Source: Candidatus Obscuribacteraceae bacterium
GTDB lineage: Bacteria > Cyanobacteriota > Vampirovibrionia > Obscuribacterales > Obscuribacteraceae
Reading direction: 5' to 3'
Length of the DNA stretch: 64,000 nt
Assembly (NCBI GenBank): GCA_044226015.1
Contig: JBGAHS010000002.1
Coordinates: 1,075,435 to 1,139,434, forward strand
Below, piece by piece: positions 11,747 through 21,686 of this stretch. Made by a program: the position numbers and the translations under genes. The notes beneath the pieces are model-generated. The model was given only the letters and a program-made list of their open reading frames with translations, did not search any database and was not told the DNA's origin. Position 1 is the first letter of the stretch, and the number at the start of each line of letters is the position of its first letter.

Positions 11747-14700
11747 CCAGCGGCCTCCACACTCTGCGCCACCGATTTGCTTCTACTCAAATAGCCAGCG
11801 ATTACCAGTGGAAGTAAGAACAGCGACAGCATAATAAACATATCGGTGCCAAAAACATTTCTAGTAAATTTGTATAGAGGCAAAAGAGCAAGTCCCATGG
11901 AATTCAAAGCACCTACAAGAAAGTAAGCTACTGGATTATTTCTAGCGCACTTTTTGATCCAGAAATAGACCAGCACAGCTTCTAAAATTCCCACGCATGC
12001 TTCTATAGCAAAATCCTGCCAGTGCTTTGCCGAACTGCTGAAAGCGATCGTACAGATCGCCGAGACGATGAAATAGTTGCGAAAATTTCGGAAGTACTTA
12101 AGGAAGAACCCAATTGCAGCAGGAGCTAAGCACAGTGAGGCAATTCCAAGTGTTATAGCGCTTATCAATTCAGCAAGTGACGGCGAAAGATAATGAGTGC
12201 TGTCCACAAGGCTGTCTAATTGCTGCAACACTACAGATGGAGATAGCATCCCCTGAAGGTAACCCGATATCGTAGAAATGGATACTAACCCGAGGATCCA
12301 GGCGTAAGCAGAATACACTCCGTCGACCCAAAACTGACGCGCTTCCTTCAGACGATCTGCAGTTGGCTGCACGCAACTATGCCATATGCTCGCTAGAGTA
12401 ACGCCCGGACACAAAATTCTGAAGGCGCAATGGCTGACGGCAAATATAACGCTGTAAATGGCACCGTAGGAAATAGCGGCAACCAGCGCTTTAATTCCCA
12501 ATTTGAGCAAGAACGACGAGAACGGAACATCTGTGTCATAACCAATCAGATTGTATTGCAATTCATTCGCCTGACTTATCAAAGTCAACATCGCAACAAA
12601 TGAGCCCACGATTATTGAGGCGCGCCAGTGAATCGAGGTTGACTTGACCACACCATACGCCCAAATAATTGCAGCGATGCCAAACAAACCCAGGATAAGC
12701 TGCGCGACGATACTCACTACAACATCTTTTGTAGTTTTCTTTTCGCGCTCGAATCTCCATTTGTCCGGGATATCCCAAGTGACGTGAGGGAAGGAAACCA
12801 TATCTCCCACCGTGTCCACACTAATTTTCAAGCGAGCATCACCCATCTTGAAAGCTGGCACCACATACGACACAGTATTATCGTTTCGTTTTTCTCGATT
12901 CTGCTCTACTACCGATTCAAACTGCAGTGGTTGGAATTCAGGGCGATATCGCTTGAGAAAATCCTCTGTTAGTTTCTTTGCTTCATCCGAAGTAATTCGT
13001 TTTCCAGGAGCGTCCTCGTCCTCTACAACTTGCATGGACACAGGGCGACCTTCGGAGGTTACCGCGACATCATACTCACGATGCTGGTGCGGCTTGAAAA
13101 ATCTGACCCACCATAGCAAGGGGATACGTGCTGCCTTCATTATCGCTTCTGTTTTTTTGAACCCCTCTTTCTCAAAACCGTATTGAACTTCATCATCATC
13201 AAAGTTCACGTTGAGAACTGCACTCACTGTCCAGTCGCCTTCAGCAACGCCGCGATCCCTCATAAAATTGCGAGCGACTTCTTCAACCTTTGCTTTTGAG
13301 ACTGTCATTCTTGCCCATGTCCCAATTTTTCGGGGATGGACAAAAAACAATACCATTGACGATAAGACGCACAGCATCAGCAAGCCAACCTTCAGCTGCT
13401 TGCCAAGCGAAGAGTAGGACAGGTGCCGCTCTGGGATGGGCTCACCAGGTTCATCCTGATGTGGATTCTTCAAATTCTCATTTAGAAGCGGCTCTGTAGG
13501 TTGCTCCTCTCCCTTCTTAGACCGTTTTGCCAACCCCACGGCAAGTAAAGCAAACGGGGGTGTGCAGGCTAGGAGCCCGCTAAATGCCAACCATAAGTTT
13601 GTAGAGAATAGCATCGGAGTGATGCCGAGAAATGCATCATAAATAAAATGCGCAATGATACCAGCCATGACACCATAGCGTTTCATCATATAGCCATAGA
13701 ATAAACCAACAATTGTAAGTTCAACACCACGAGCATAGGGCGGCTCTTGGGGGTAATCGCTATGCATAAACGCCCAGCCAGCCGCTTGCACGAAGTTTGC
13801 TATCCAGAAATTCTTGAAGACGCGCTGAGCCAGACAAAAACAAAGCACGCGGTAGAGTAGTTCCTCGCTTACGGATGCATTGACACCAACAACAAAGGAC
13901 GAAAAAGCTGGAGAAAAGCTACTCATAGTAGCGACATCGCGCACTTCGAGTGGTGACCACATTCCCATCTTGGAACCCAGCAAATAGAATGCGGCGACGT
14001 ACCCGATATGCACTCCAAAAACGCAGATGCCTGCTATGACAGTCTCGAGGATGGACCTATTACTTGCAAATTTGAACTTGAGGAAATGTTCACCCGCAAC
14101 AGCTTTTGGAAAGTGATTTCTGTAGACAGCTTCAATTCCTCCAACCAGAGCTACTGATGAGAATGCTGCAAGTGCCGCAGCTAGCAGCGAGGACACTAGT
14201 TTGCTAAGCAAATAGCTGTGCAAACTCTCGGTGGTGCTGTACGACTGAATAATGGAGGGCCAGTTATTCCAATAATCCAGAATCTCGATAGAGAACGAAA
14301 CTGCGGCTGCTATAGCAACGAGACGCCAGCGAACACGCTTTGTTGAAAGTGCCCATACGAAGGAGAAGAACATTGCTGCTCCAACAATGGCAAAGAGTAC
14401 GGAAGAAATCTGCTTTAGTAGGTCATTGTACGAGCGCATGTTTGCGAACTTGTGCTCAAAATCTTCGGGTACATGCAAGGAGCAATCGTAAGAAGTAATC
14501 ATGTTGCCCGAGACAGTTACGGTAGTTCTGAGTTTTCCGCCTTTAAAATCCTGGTTTTCGTCTTCCCAAGTAAAAGAGTGGTCGACTCTATTTTGCTGTT
14601 TAACAGAACCTTGTTTTATTAGCTTGATACCGTCTGCCAGTTCAATCTTCGGGACAGAATCTTGTCCGTTGCCGCTTTTCCTGGCTGTGGATTCGCCATT

Positions 14701-15768
14701 CTGGGGCGAGCTATTTTGACTTGCACTGAGCACTGGGCTGGTCGCAGCTTCTGCTCCGGGGGAGTCAAATTTGTGCGTCTCTGGAAGGTTCGGATGCGAC
14801 TCAGGAAGTTTCGAATGCGCATCCCGATCCGAATGAGCATTAGCAGGAGGACTGTTTGCTGCTAGGGCTTTCTCTTGTGACGACCTGGATGATGCCGTTG
14901 CCTGGTTCTTACCTTCGGCAGCCCCTGGCGGATTTGCTACTGGCGTCTTTTCTGCTTGCGCTTTCTCTTGCGGTGAATTGGACAACGCCGTCGCCCGCTC
15001 CTTATCTTCTGGAGCCTTTAATGTGTTTACTTCTGGCGTCTTCTCTGCTGGCGCTTTCTCTTGCGGTGAATTGGACGACGCCGTCGCCCGCTCCTTATCT
15101 TCTGGAGCCTTTAATGTGTTTACTTCTGGCGTTTTTGTTGCAGGCGCTTTCTCTTGCGGTGAATTGGACGACGCGGTCGCCTGCTCCTTATCTTCTGGAG
15201 CCTTTGATGAAATAGCTGGAGGCTTTTCTTGCGATGAACTTACCTGATTCGGCAGTTTTTTATATAACTTCTTGCCAGCTTTCTCCTCCACGAAACGAAG
15301 TGCCAAGACTTGAGCTTCTTCTTGAGACAAAGTAGGAAGTTTTGCTTCCTTTTCAATGTCATGATTAAGGGCTACCAGCTTACCTTCGGGATCCTGACAT
15401 ACCTGAAATTCCTCTTCCTCTGATGGGCGGCAAAATCGGGTATACCAGTAAAATGCATTTATTTTGGAATGCATGAGTTCATTTGCTTCGCGCATACTGT
15501 ACTCACGTTCCAAAAAAGTAGTGACCTCATTTCGATCACCAAATGTTGTCGAATCAATGCAATTCTGTGTTGAATAGCCCAGATCAGCGCAAATCTTGCG
15601 AGCCTTCGCAACGATCTCCTTCTGGGTTACTTTCAGATCTAGTGAGGCCGCAGGAAATACATCATCATATTTAGTGAAGAAAAAAGTGAGTCCCAAAACT
15701 CCCATTACAAGGAATACAAAAAGGGTACCTTGTATGGGCTTCCACTTAGAACTTTCGCTGTCGTCCAA
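11743..15768 (-). CDS. Large membrane protein with CPBP (CAAX/Abi) intramembrane metalloprotease domain
   Basis: SEELLYR, WAFMH, AHFIYD motifs; two extracytoplasmic domains each followed by a TM bundle. Confidence 0.85.
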   Translation of the reverse strand: MDDSESSKWKPIQGTLFVFLVMGVLGLTFFFTKYDDVFPAASLDLKVTQKEIVAKARKICADLGYSTQNCIDSTTFGDRNEVTTFLEREYSMREANELMHSKINAFYWYTRFCRPSEEEEFQVCQDPEGKLVALNHDIEKEAKLPTLSQEEAQVLALRFVEEKAGKKLYKKLPNQVSSSQEKPPAISSKAPEDKEQATASSNSPQEKAPATKTPEVNTLKAPEDKERATASSNSPQEKAPAEKTPEVNTLKAPEDKERATALSNSPQEKAQAEKTPVANPPGAAEGKNQATASSRSSQEKALAANSPPANAHSDRDAHSKLPESHPNLPETHKFDSPGAEAATSPVLSASQNSSPQNGESTARKSGNGQDSVPKIELADGIKLIKQGSVKQQNRVDHSFTWEDENQDFKGGKLRTTVTVSGNMITSYDCSLHVPEDFEHKFANMRSYNDLLKQISSVLFAIVGAAMFFSFVWALSTKRVRWRLVAIAAAVSFSIEILDYWNNWPSIIQSYSTTESLHSYLLSKLVSSLLAAALAAFSSVALVGGIEAVYRNHFPKAVAGEHFLKFKFASNRSILETVIAGICVFGVHIGYVAAFYLLGSKMGMWSPLEVRDVATMSSFSPAFSSFVVGVNASVSEELLYRVLCFCLAQRVFKNFWIANFVQAAGWAFMHSDYPQEPPYARGVELTIVGLFYGYMMKRYGVMAGIIAHFIYDAFLGITPMLFSTNLWLAFSGLLACTPPFALLAVGLAKRSKKGEEQPTEPLLNENLKNPHQDEPGEPIPERHLSYSSLGKQLKVGLLMLCVLSSMVLFFVHPRKIGTWARMTVSKAKVEEVARNFMRDRGVAEGDWTVSAVLNVNFDDDEVQYGFEKEGFKKTEAIMKAARIPLLWWVRFFKPHQHREYDVAVTSEGRPVSMQVVEDEDAPGKRITSDEAKKLTEDFLKRYRPEFQPLQFESVVEQNREKRNDNTVSYVVPAFKMGDARLKISVDTVGDMVSFPHVTWDIPDKWRFEREKKTTKDVVVSIVAQLILGLFGIAAIIWAYGVVKSTSIHWRASIIVGSFVAMLTLISQANELQYNLIGYDTDVPFSSFLLKLGIKALVAAISYGAIYSVIFAVSHCAFRILCPGVTLASIWHSCVQPTADRLKEARQFWVDGVYSAYAWILGLVSISTISGYLQGMLSPSVVLQQLDSLVDSTHYLSPSLAELISAITLGIASLCLAPAAIGFFLKYFRNFRNYFIVSAICTIAFSSSAKHWQDFAIEACVGILEAVLVYFWIKKCARNNPVAYFLVGALNSMGLALLPLYKFTRNVFGTDMFIMLSLFLLPLVIAGYLSRSKSVAQSVEAAG
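14870..15240 (-). repeat. 93-bp (31-aa) coding tandem repeat inside the CPBP protein
   Basis: KAPEDKERATASSNSPQEKAPAEKTPEVNTL-like unit, about 3.5 copies. Confidence 0.9.
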
Positions 15769-16026
15769 ATCCCGCGCCTTTTATGAACTTGCAAACATTG
15801 ATCATAACGGAAAACAGAGCAATCCGCCGCTTTCAAAACGCCTCTTTGCTTGATTTCTACACGATTTATTTCTGCAAATGAAAGTCATCAAGTATCTCCT
15901 CAAAAACCCAACTAAAAATTTCTGCAAGCAAGTGCAATGAGCAAGGACACTTTAAAGACAACTGAAGGACAAGTTAGGAATACCGCGTCGATATTCTGTT
16001 CTCATAAACAAACGGGAGACGCAATC

Positions 16027-16230
16027 ATGTTAATCGACGCATTCAAACCACAACACATCGCTTTCAACCGCCAACAAACGGCAGCAGAAGCGCCGGTCAA
16101 TCAGGAGCCAAGCAGTTTTTTGCCAAACGTGCGTAACAAGCGCATGCACAACGAATACAACACCCTACTGCAATCACCCCGCCGCTATGACCAATCGTGG
16201 GTCGAAAACACAATGAAAAATTTCAAATAG
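16027..16230 (+). CDS. Small hypothetical protein (67 aa)
   Basis: GGGAG RBS before ATG 16027; no family recognised. Confidence 0.5.
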   Translation: MLIDAFKPQHIAFNRQQTAAEAPVNQEPSSFLPNVRNKRMHNEYNTLLQSPRRYDQSWVENTMKNFK

Positions 16231-16513
16231 TCGTCCAGGGTTTTCAAATCTTTTTCAGAAACTCAAAATAAACTAGTTCTCACAAGGCGATACAAACCAG
16301 TCGCCGACTGAGTCGATAAGAAAACATCGAGTTTCAATCGCTCAGCTGCAGGGATAATCCCCACCCGCACTCTCTCCAACAACGACTTTGCGGCTCACTC
16401 CAACTCTCTCCGAGTCGCCTCAGTCATGGGCTTTCCTGCAGTGTAATCATGGACTAATCGCCGGCTCACTTTCATCCAAAACTCTCTCTATGAGCCGGCG
16501 AATAAGTCCACAG

Positions 16514-16780
16514 TTTTCTCGACTACATTCTCTACCCAACAAAGGACGAATCGCCGACTCTCTCTCCCACTCTCCCCTGTCGGAGCCTTAGTCCTACCCT
16601 TTTCTCGACTACATTCTCTACCCAACAAAGGACGAATCGCCGACTTCTCTCTCTCCCACTCTCCCCTGTCGGCGCCTTAGTCCTACCCTTTTCTCGACTA
16701 CATTCTCTACCCAACAAAGGACGAATCGCCGACTCTCTCTCTCCCACTCTCCCCTGTCGGCGCCTCAGTCTTACCCCTTT
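16514..16780. repeat. Tandem repeat, 3 x 86-89 bp, pyrimidine-rich
   Basis: Units start at 16514, 16600 and 16689 (TTTTCTCGACTACATTCTCTACCCAACAAAGGACG...). Confidence 0.95.
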
Positions 16781-16799
16781 TAATTTGATGGCTGGAAAC

Positions 16800-16837
16800 A
16801 AAATGGTCGGTGCCTTTTCTAAAGCACCGACCATTTT
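16800..16837. terminator. Probable bidirectional intrinsic terminator
   Basis: AAAATGGTCGGTGC-loop-GCACCGACCATTTT between convergent genes. Confidence 0.75.
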
Positions 16838-16888
16838 CAGAATCGAATTAAAAATCCTGTTTCTAAGAAGCCGGATTACTCAGTTAGC

Positions 16889-17570
16889 TGCGCGCCACTA
16901 AAAACTCGAAATTTGATCGATATCGATGCAATCTGCAAAATTTGCTGGGCTTGGAGCCATGAAAATCTTCGTGGTTGGCAAGCACGAGGAAAATCTGCGC
17001 AATCTACACACCACTAAAAACTCGAATTTAGATCGATATCGATGTAATCCGGAGAATTTACTGGGCTTGGAGCCATGAAAGTCTTCGCAGTTGGCAAGCA
17101 CGAAAAATATCTGCGTACTCTGCGCGCCACTAAAAACTCGAAATTTGATCGATATCGATGTAATCCGGAGAATTTGCTGGGCTTGGAGCCATGAAAATCT
17201 TCGCGGTTAGCAAGCACGAAAAATATCTGCGTACTCTGCGCGCCACTGAAAACTCGAAATTTGATCGATATCGATGCAATCTGCAAAATTTGCTGGGCTT
17301 GGAGCCATGAAAATCTTCGTGGTTGGCAAGCACGAGGAATATCTACGTACTCGGCGCGCCACTAAAAACTCGAAATTTGATCGATATCGATGCAATCCGC
17401 AAAATTTGCTGGGCTTGGAGCCATGAAACTCTTCGTGGTTGGCAAGCACGAGGAATATCTACGTGCTCGGCGCGCCACTAAAAACTCGAAATTTGATCGA
17501 TATCGATGCAATCTGCAAAATTTGCTGGGCTTGGAGCCATGAAAATCTTCGCGGTTAGCAAACACGAAAA
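16889..17570. repeat. Tandem repeat, ~6 x 116 bp, each unit with a GATCGATATCGATG near-palindrome
   Basis: CCACT[A/G]AAAACTCGAA at 16895, 17011, 17127, 17243, 17359, 17475. Confidence 0.97.
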
Positions 17571-17616
17571 ATCTTCCTTTTATTAAAGGAAAACAGAATG
17601 CGCTTCAACACTTCAA

Positions 17617-19512
17617 CTAAGTACCCGCGACTGACGCGTGCTTCAATCGTTCGGCACGGCGACGAGCTTCGATGTAGACATAAAGCACGGAAATATCAGC
17701 AGGGCTGACACCACCGATGCGCGAGGCTTGACCAAGCGTCTCAGGACGCAATTTTTGAAGTTTTTCTCGAGATTCTTTCGACAAATTTTCCATGGCAGAG
17801 TAATTGAAATCGCTCGGCATTGCAACGTTATCGAGCTTCTCTGTGCTGGCAACGTGAGCCTTTTGCCGCTCAATGTAGCCTTCATATTTGACTTCGGTTT
17901 CTAGTTCCAACTTCCACAAAAACCCTTTGCCATCTTCCTTAGGACAGGCATTAGCAAGAGCTTCATAAGGCACTTTGGGACGACGCAACAGCTCTTCCAA
18001 CGTCGCGGACTGCTTCAATTGCTCGTCAAATGGGGACAGAACGTCGTTCCATTCAGGGCATGGATGAACGCGTTTAGCACGGAAACGCAAGCGCTCTTCT
18101 TTTATTTCGTCTTGTTTTCTATTGAAGACTTCCCAGCGTTCATCATCGACCATTCCGATCTCACGAGCCAAAGGAGTAAGCCTATAATCAGCGTTGTCTT
18201 GACGTAGCAACAGTCGATATTCAGATCGCGAAGTCATCATTCTGTAAGGCTCTTTAAGCTCTTTACTGACGAGATCATCAACAAGTGTGCCAGTGTAACT
18301 AGAGACACGGCTCAAGGTGAACGGTTCTTTTGCTTTGACAAATAGTGCAGCGTTGATACCAGCCATGATGCCCTGAGCAGCGGCTTCTTCATACCCGCTA
18401 GTGCCTAAAATCTGACCACCAGCAAAGAATCCCGGCAGGTCTTTCGCCATTAATGCATGTGTAAATTGGGTTGCAGGCAAACAATCATACTCGACAGCGT
18501 AAGCTGGACGGACCATCGTTGCATTCTCCAAGCCTGGCAACGAATGCACCATCTCGTGCTGCACAGCCATCGGAAGACTTGTTGAAAATCCTTGCAAGTA
18601 GACCTCGTATGTAGACCGCCCCTCAGGCTCAAGGAAGAGAGAATGGCTCTCCTTATCCGCAAACCGAACTATCTTGTCTTCAATAGAGGGGCAATATCGT
18701 GGACCGATTGCATCAATCATGCCAGAGTACATCGGCGATTCATGCAAGTTTGCACGAATGAGATCGTGGGTTTTATCTGTTGTACGAGTCTGGTGGCAGG
18801 GCAATTGATCACGGACTGGTCCGTTTCGCAAAAAAGAGAACCAATCGTGAGGTTCATCGCCCGGAACTACATCAAGGTTCGTGTAATCAATAGTTCTTCC
18901 ATCGATTCTGGGTGGAGTGCCGGTCTTCAATCGTCCCAAATCAAACCCAAGAGCTTTCAGGCAACCAGAGAGCCCTAAAGCAGGAAACTCACCAGCCCGC
19001 CCGGCTGGCATGGTCTCTTTACCGATCCATATCGTACCTTCGAGGAAAGTACCTGCAGTCAAAACCACAGCGGGTGCGTAAATACGATCACCAAACGCAA
19101 GCTCAACGCCACGTATTCTGCCGTTTTCAACGAGAATAGACTTAACCATTCCCTGGCGCAAAGTCACGTTCGGAAGCGACTCCATGAAATTCTTCATCCA
19201 AATGGAATATTCTCGCTTGTCTGATTGTGCACGCAATGATTGAACGGCGGGTCCGCGGCTCATGTTTAATGTGCGCATTTGCAAATAAGTTGCATCAGCA
19301 GCAATCCCCATGATGCCACCCATCGCATCAACTTCTTTGACCAGCTGCGACTTTCCAGGACCACCCACGGCAGGATTACACGGCATGGCTCCGATCGTGT
19401 CAATATTGACTGCAAGCATCAATGTCCGGCAACCAAGCCTGCTGGCGGCATTTGCAGCTTCACAGCCCGCATGTCCACCACCTATTACAATGACATCAAA
19501 ATCTAAACTCAT
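17617..19512 (-). CDS. mnmG: tRNA uridine-5-carboxymethylaminomethyl(34) synthesis enzyme MnmG (GidA)
   Basis: VIVIGGGHAGCEAA, CNPAVGG, RLKTGTPPR, GPRYCPSIEDK, GTSGYEEAAAQG, TSRSEYRL; start at MSLDFDV. Confidence 0.98.
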   Translation of the reverse strand: MSLDFDVIVIGGGHAGCEAANAASRLGCRTLMLAVNIDTIGAMPCNPAVGGPGKSQLVKEVDAMGGIMGIAADATYLQMRTLNMSRGPAVQSLRAQSDKREYSIWMKNFMESLPNVTLRQGMVKSILVENGRIRGVELAFGDRIYAPAVVLTAGTFLEGTIWIGKETMPAGRAGEFPALGLSGCLKALGFDLGRLKTGTPPRIDGRTIDYTNLDVVPGDEPHDWFSFLRNGPVRDQLPCHQTRTTDKTHDLIRANLHESPMYSGMIDAIGPRYCPSIEDKIVRFADKESHSLFLEPEGRSTYEVYLQGFSTSLPMAVQHEMVHSLPGLENATMVRPAYAVEYDCLPATQFTHALMAKDLPGFFAGGQILGTSGYEEAAAQGIMAGINAALFVKAKEPFTLSRVSSYTGTLVDDLVSKELKEPYRMMTSRSEYRLLLRQDNADYRLTPLAREIGMVDDERWEVFNRKQDEIKEERLRFRAKRVHPCPEWNDVLSPFDEQLKQSATLEELLRRPKVPYEALANACPKEDGKGFLWKLELETEVKYEGYIERQKAHVASTEKLDNVAMPSDFNYSAMENLSKESREKLQKLRPETLGQASRIGGVSPADISVLYVYIEARRRAERLKHASVAGT

Positions 19513-19700
19513 GGCTCTGTCGTCTATGCCAGGGGAAAATGGGAGAAAGAGGATAATACCAAACTTCCTCTTGATAAAGCAAAGATCGACGCCATCAATG
19601 CTTAGCATTTGACGCTTTAAAGCGATCTTTGTTACAACATAGTTAGGCATAATCTGCCATCATTAACTAAGTTACAGCATTCAGGAGCGAACAAATCGAA

Positions 19701-20555
19701 GTGCGGCTAAGAGGTTCGAGTTTTAGGTGGAACTCAATGGCATGTCTTGCGCTGTGTGCAGCAGGGTCTCTATTCTGGACATCTGCTAACAGCACTGAGG
19801 CGCTCGAAAAACTCGAAAAACCCAATCAATCCGAACAGAATGGAAAGCACTCGTGTTGCCAGGGAATGAAGATCGCTCTTGAGCAAGCTAAGGACAAAAC
19901 TCCAGCAAAAGAATCAAAAAAAGGAAAAAAAGAAAAACAATCTACAACAGCTAAGGATGCGCCAAAGGATCCAAAAGAATCAAAGCCTGCAGAAACTACA
20001 GCAATTGATCGCAAGCCTGTTTTAGACCCATCACAATTTGCGGGATTAGCTGCTTTTGGATACGCGTCGGCGAAAGCCGCCCCAGAAGTCATGGAAAAAC
20101 TATTTTGCTATTGTGGCTGTGACCTTACAGACAGCCATACATCACTGCTAGATTGCTTTACCTCAGCTCATGGTGTGGACTGTCACATCTGTCAGGAGGA
20201 GGCTGTGCTTGCTCTTAAAATGCACAAAGATGGCACTCCAATAAAACAGATTCAGCAAGAAATTGATGAACGATATTCGGACAAGTATCCGTTCGAAGAG
20301 CAAACACCGGCTTACAAGAAATATAAGTCGACAAGACTGTGGACCAGTTCTGGCACCGCGGGTGACACTACCGCTGCCAGCACAACAGCAGCCAGCACGG
20401 ATAAAGCAACACAAAAAGAAGCCGCAGGACCAGCTGGTCCCGATGGACCCGACGAAAAATGCGAGAAAAAGCCGCCCAAACTTAAGCCTGGAAAGACAGT
20501 AGGCAAGTGTTGTGGAGCTGGGCACGATCACAACGATAAGTCCAAGAAAAAATAG
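19701..20555 (+). CDS. PCYCGC-motif exported protein with extra Cys pairs
   Basis: Signal-like N-terminus; FCYCGC...SLLDCF..HG..CHIC..EA. Confidence 0.8.
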   Translation: MRLRGSSFRWNSMACLALCAAGSLFWTSANSTEALEKLEKPNQSEQNGKHSCCQGMKIALEQAKDKTPAKESKKGKKEKQSTTAKDAPKDPKESKPAETTAIDRKPVLDPSQFAGLAAFGYASAKAAPEVMEKLFCYCGCDLTDSHTSLLDCFTSAHGVDCHICQEEAVLALKMHKDGTPIKQIQQEIDERYSDKYPFEEQTPAYKKYKSTRLWTSSGTAGDTTAASTTAASTDKATQKEAAGPAGPDGPDEKCEKKPPKLKPGKTVGKCCGAGHDHNDKSKKK

Positions 20556-20687
20556 TAGAGAAAATCTTCCACAAGTTCCATCAACGAACATGGCATGCCA
20601 AGCACTTAGCGCCGACATGAGCGAAAAGCACCTTGGCATCACCCGCTATTTGACAGCCCCTGAGCCTGGGAAGCTAATGGATTTTCG

Positions 20688-20785
20688 GAATTTGATCGAT
20701 ATCGATCAAATTCTGTGTTTTGCGAGCCCGCAAACCCAGTAAATTTTCGAATTCCGATCGATATCGATCAAATTCTGCGTTTTGG
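20688..20785. repeat. Dispersed palindromic element (two GATCGATATCGATC cores 62 bp apart)
   Basis: 26-bp perfect palindrome GAATTTGATCGATATCGATCAAATTC at 20688-20713; second core at 20756. Confidence 0.92.
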
Positions 20786-21266
20786 AAGCGCTCCAGCTCA
20801 GCATTTATCAGTCACACAAATCCAGCTACAACGCATCGAGATTTTTTTCAAGCAAGCGCAAAGTGACAAGCAGAAAGTACCAACTTCGCCCACTAAAGCC
20901 AAAGCAGTAAAGAGGCAAAATCTTTCGCCTCCTCACGCAGGATTTAAGATATCGCCCATCCGCCTGAACAATATTTAAGAGCTATATCCATAAACCAAAC
21001 AGAAAAGAAACAGCAGATACCGAAAACAAAGCAGCTCCCTACATTCACGGACTCCAGGAGGCAAAAAAGAGAAGCCCGTTTTCACACCTGACAACGCCCA
21101 AACCGCGCCGGAAGATTGTCTTTACCATGCAAAATGCGCTTGTCATCGTTTCCAAGTACCATTTTTTAAGAAACCTGATTGCGAAATTCCCGTCCTTCAG
21201 CTAGTGACAAGAGTTTTTTTCTTGCTAAAATTGGTTAACCTTAATTCAATAGAAAAGAGGATGCGA

Positions 21267-21686
21267 ATGGAAAAGGTAGTACACACTGCTGAGACCCAGC
21301 GCGCCTGGACGATTGTTTGCGATGACAAATGTCCCGTCGTTGATTTTTTGTCTCGCCTGATCAGATCATGCGACAAAGCTGGATTTTTTACTTTTGTTGG
21401 TCGTGAAAACGCCGATGAATATTCGCGTTCGCTTATGCGAGAACTCGTCAGCACTCCCTGGAGTCTTCTATTGATAGATGACGAAGGCAAGCGCTTCGAA
21501 GGTCCAGCGGCGATACCATTCATTCTTAAGCACCTACCATCCGGTCGTCTAGCTTGCGTGCTCTATCTCATTCCGGGCACAATGTGGCTGACCCGCAAGC
21601 TTTACATGTCGGTTTCCCGTAATCGCAGAAAAATTGCAACTCTTGCAGTTTCATCAAAGCAAGAGAAGGGTCAAAACGCTGCCTGA
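21267..21686 (+). CDS. DCC1/DUF393-like thiol-disulfide oxidoreductase family protein
   Basis: IVCDDKCP, D..G.FTFV, SLLLID.EG.RFEG..AI, LY..VSRNR; start uncertain. Confidence 0.72.
   Translation: MEKVVHTAETQRAWTIVCDDKCPVVDFLSRLIRSCDKAGFFTFVGRENADEYSRSLMRELVSTPWSLLLIDDEGKRFEGPAAIPFILKHLPSGRLACVLYLIPGTMWLTRKLYMSVSRNRRKIATLAVSSKQEKGQNAA

Noticed and set aside
16532..17565. Short ORFs inside the tandem arrays (also 31544-32264, 45693-46407, 63149-63472)
   Set aside because: By-products of repeated DNA; frames shift between units or several frames are open with no family signal
16889..17570. 116-bp array (and the 45.7 kb and 63 kb arrays) as CRISPR
   Set aside because: Whole units are near-identical, with no unique spacers, and there are no cas genes in the window
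20688..20713. Palindrome as cyanobacterial HIP1
   Set aside because: HIP1 is GCGATCGC and is common within genes; this element differs in sequence, is longer and is only intergenic here
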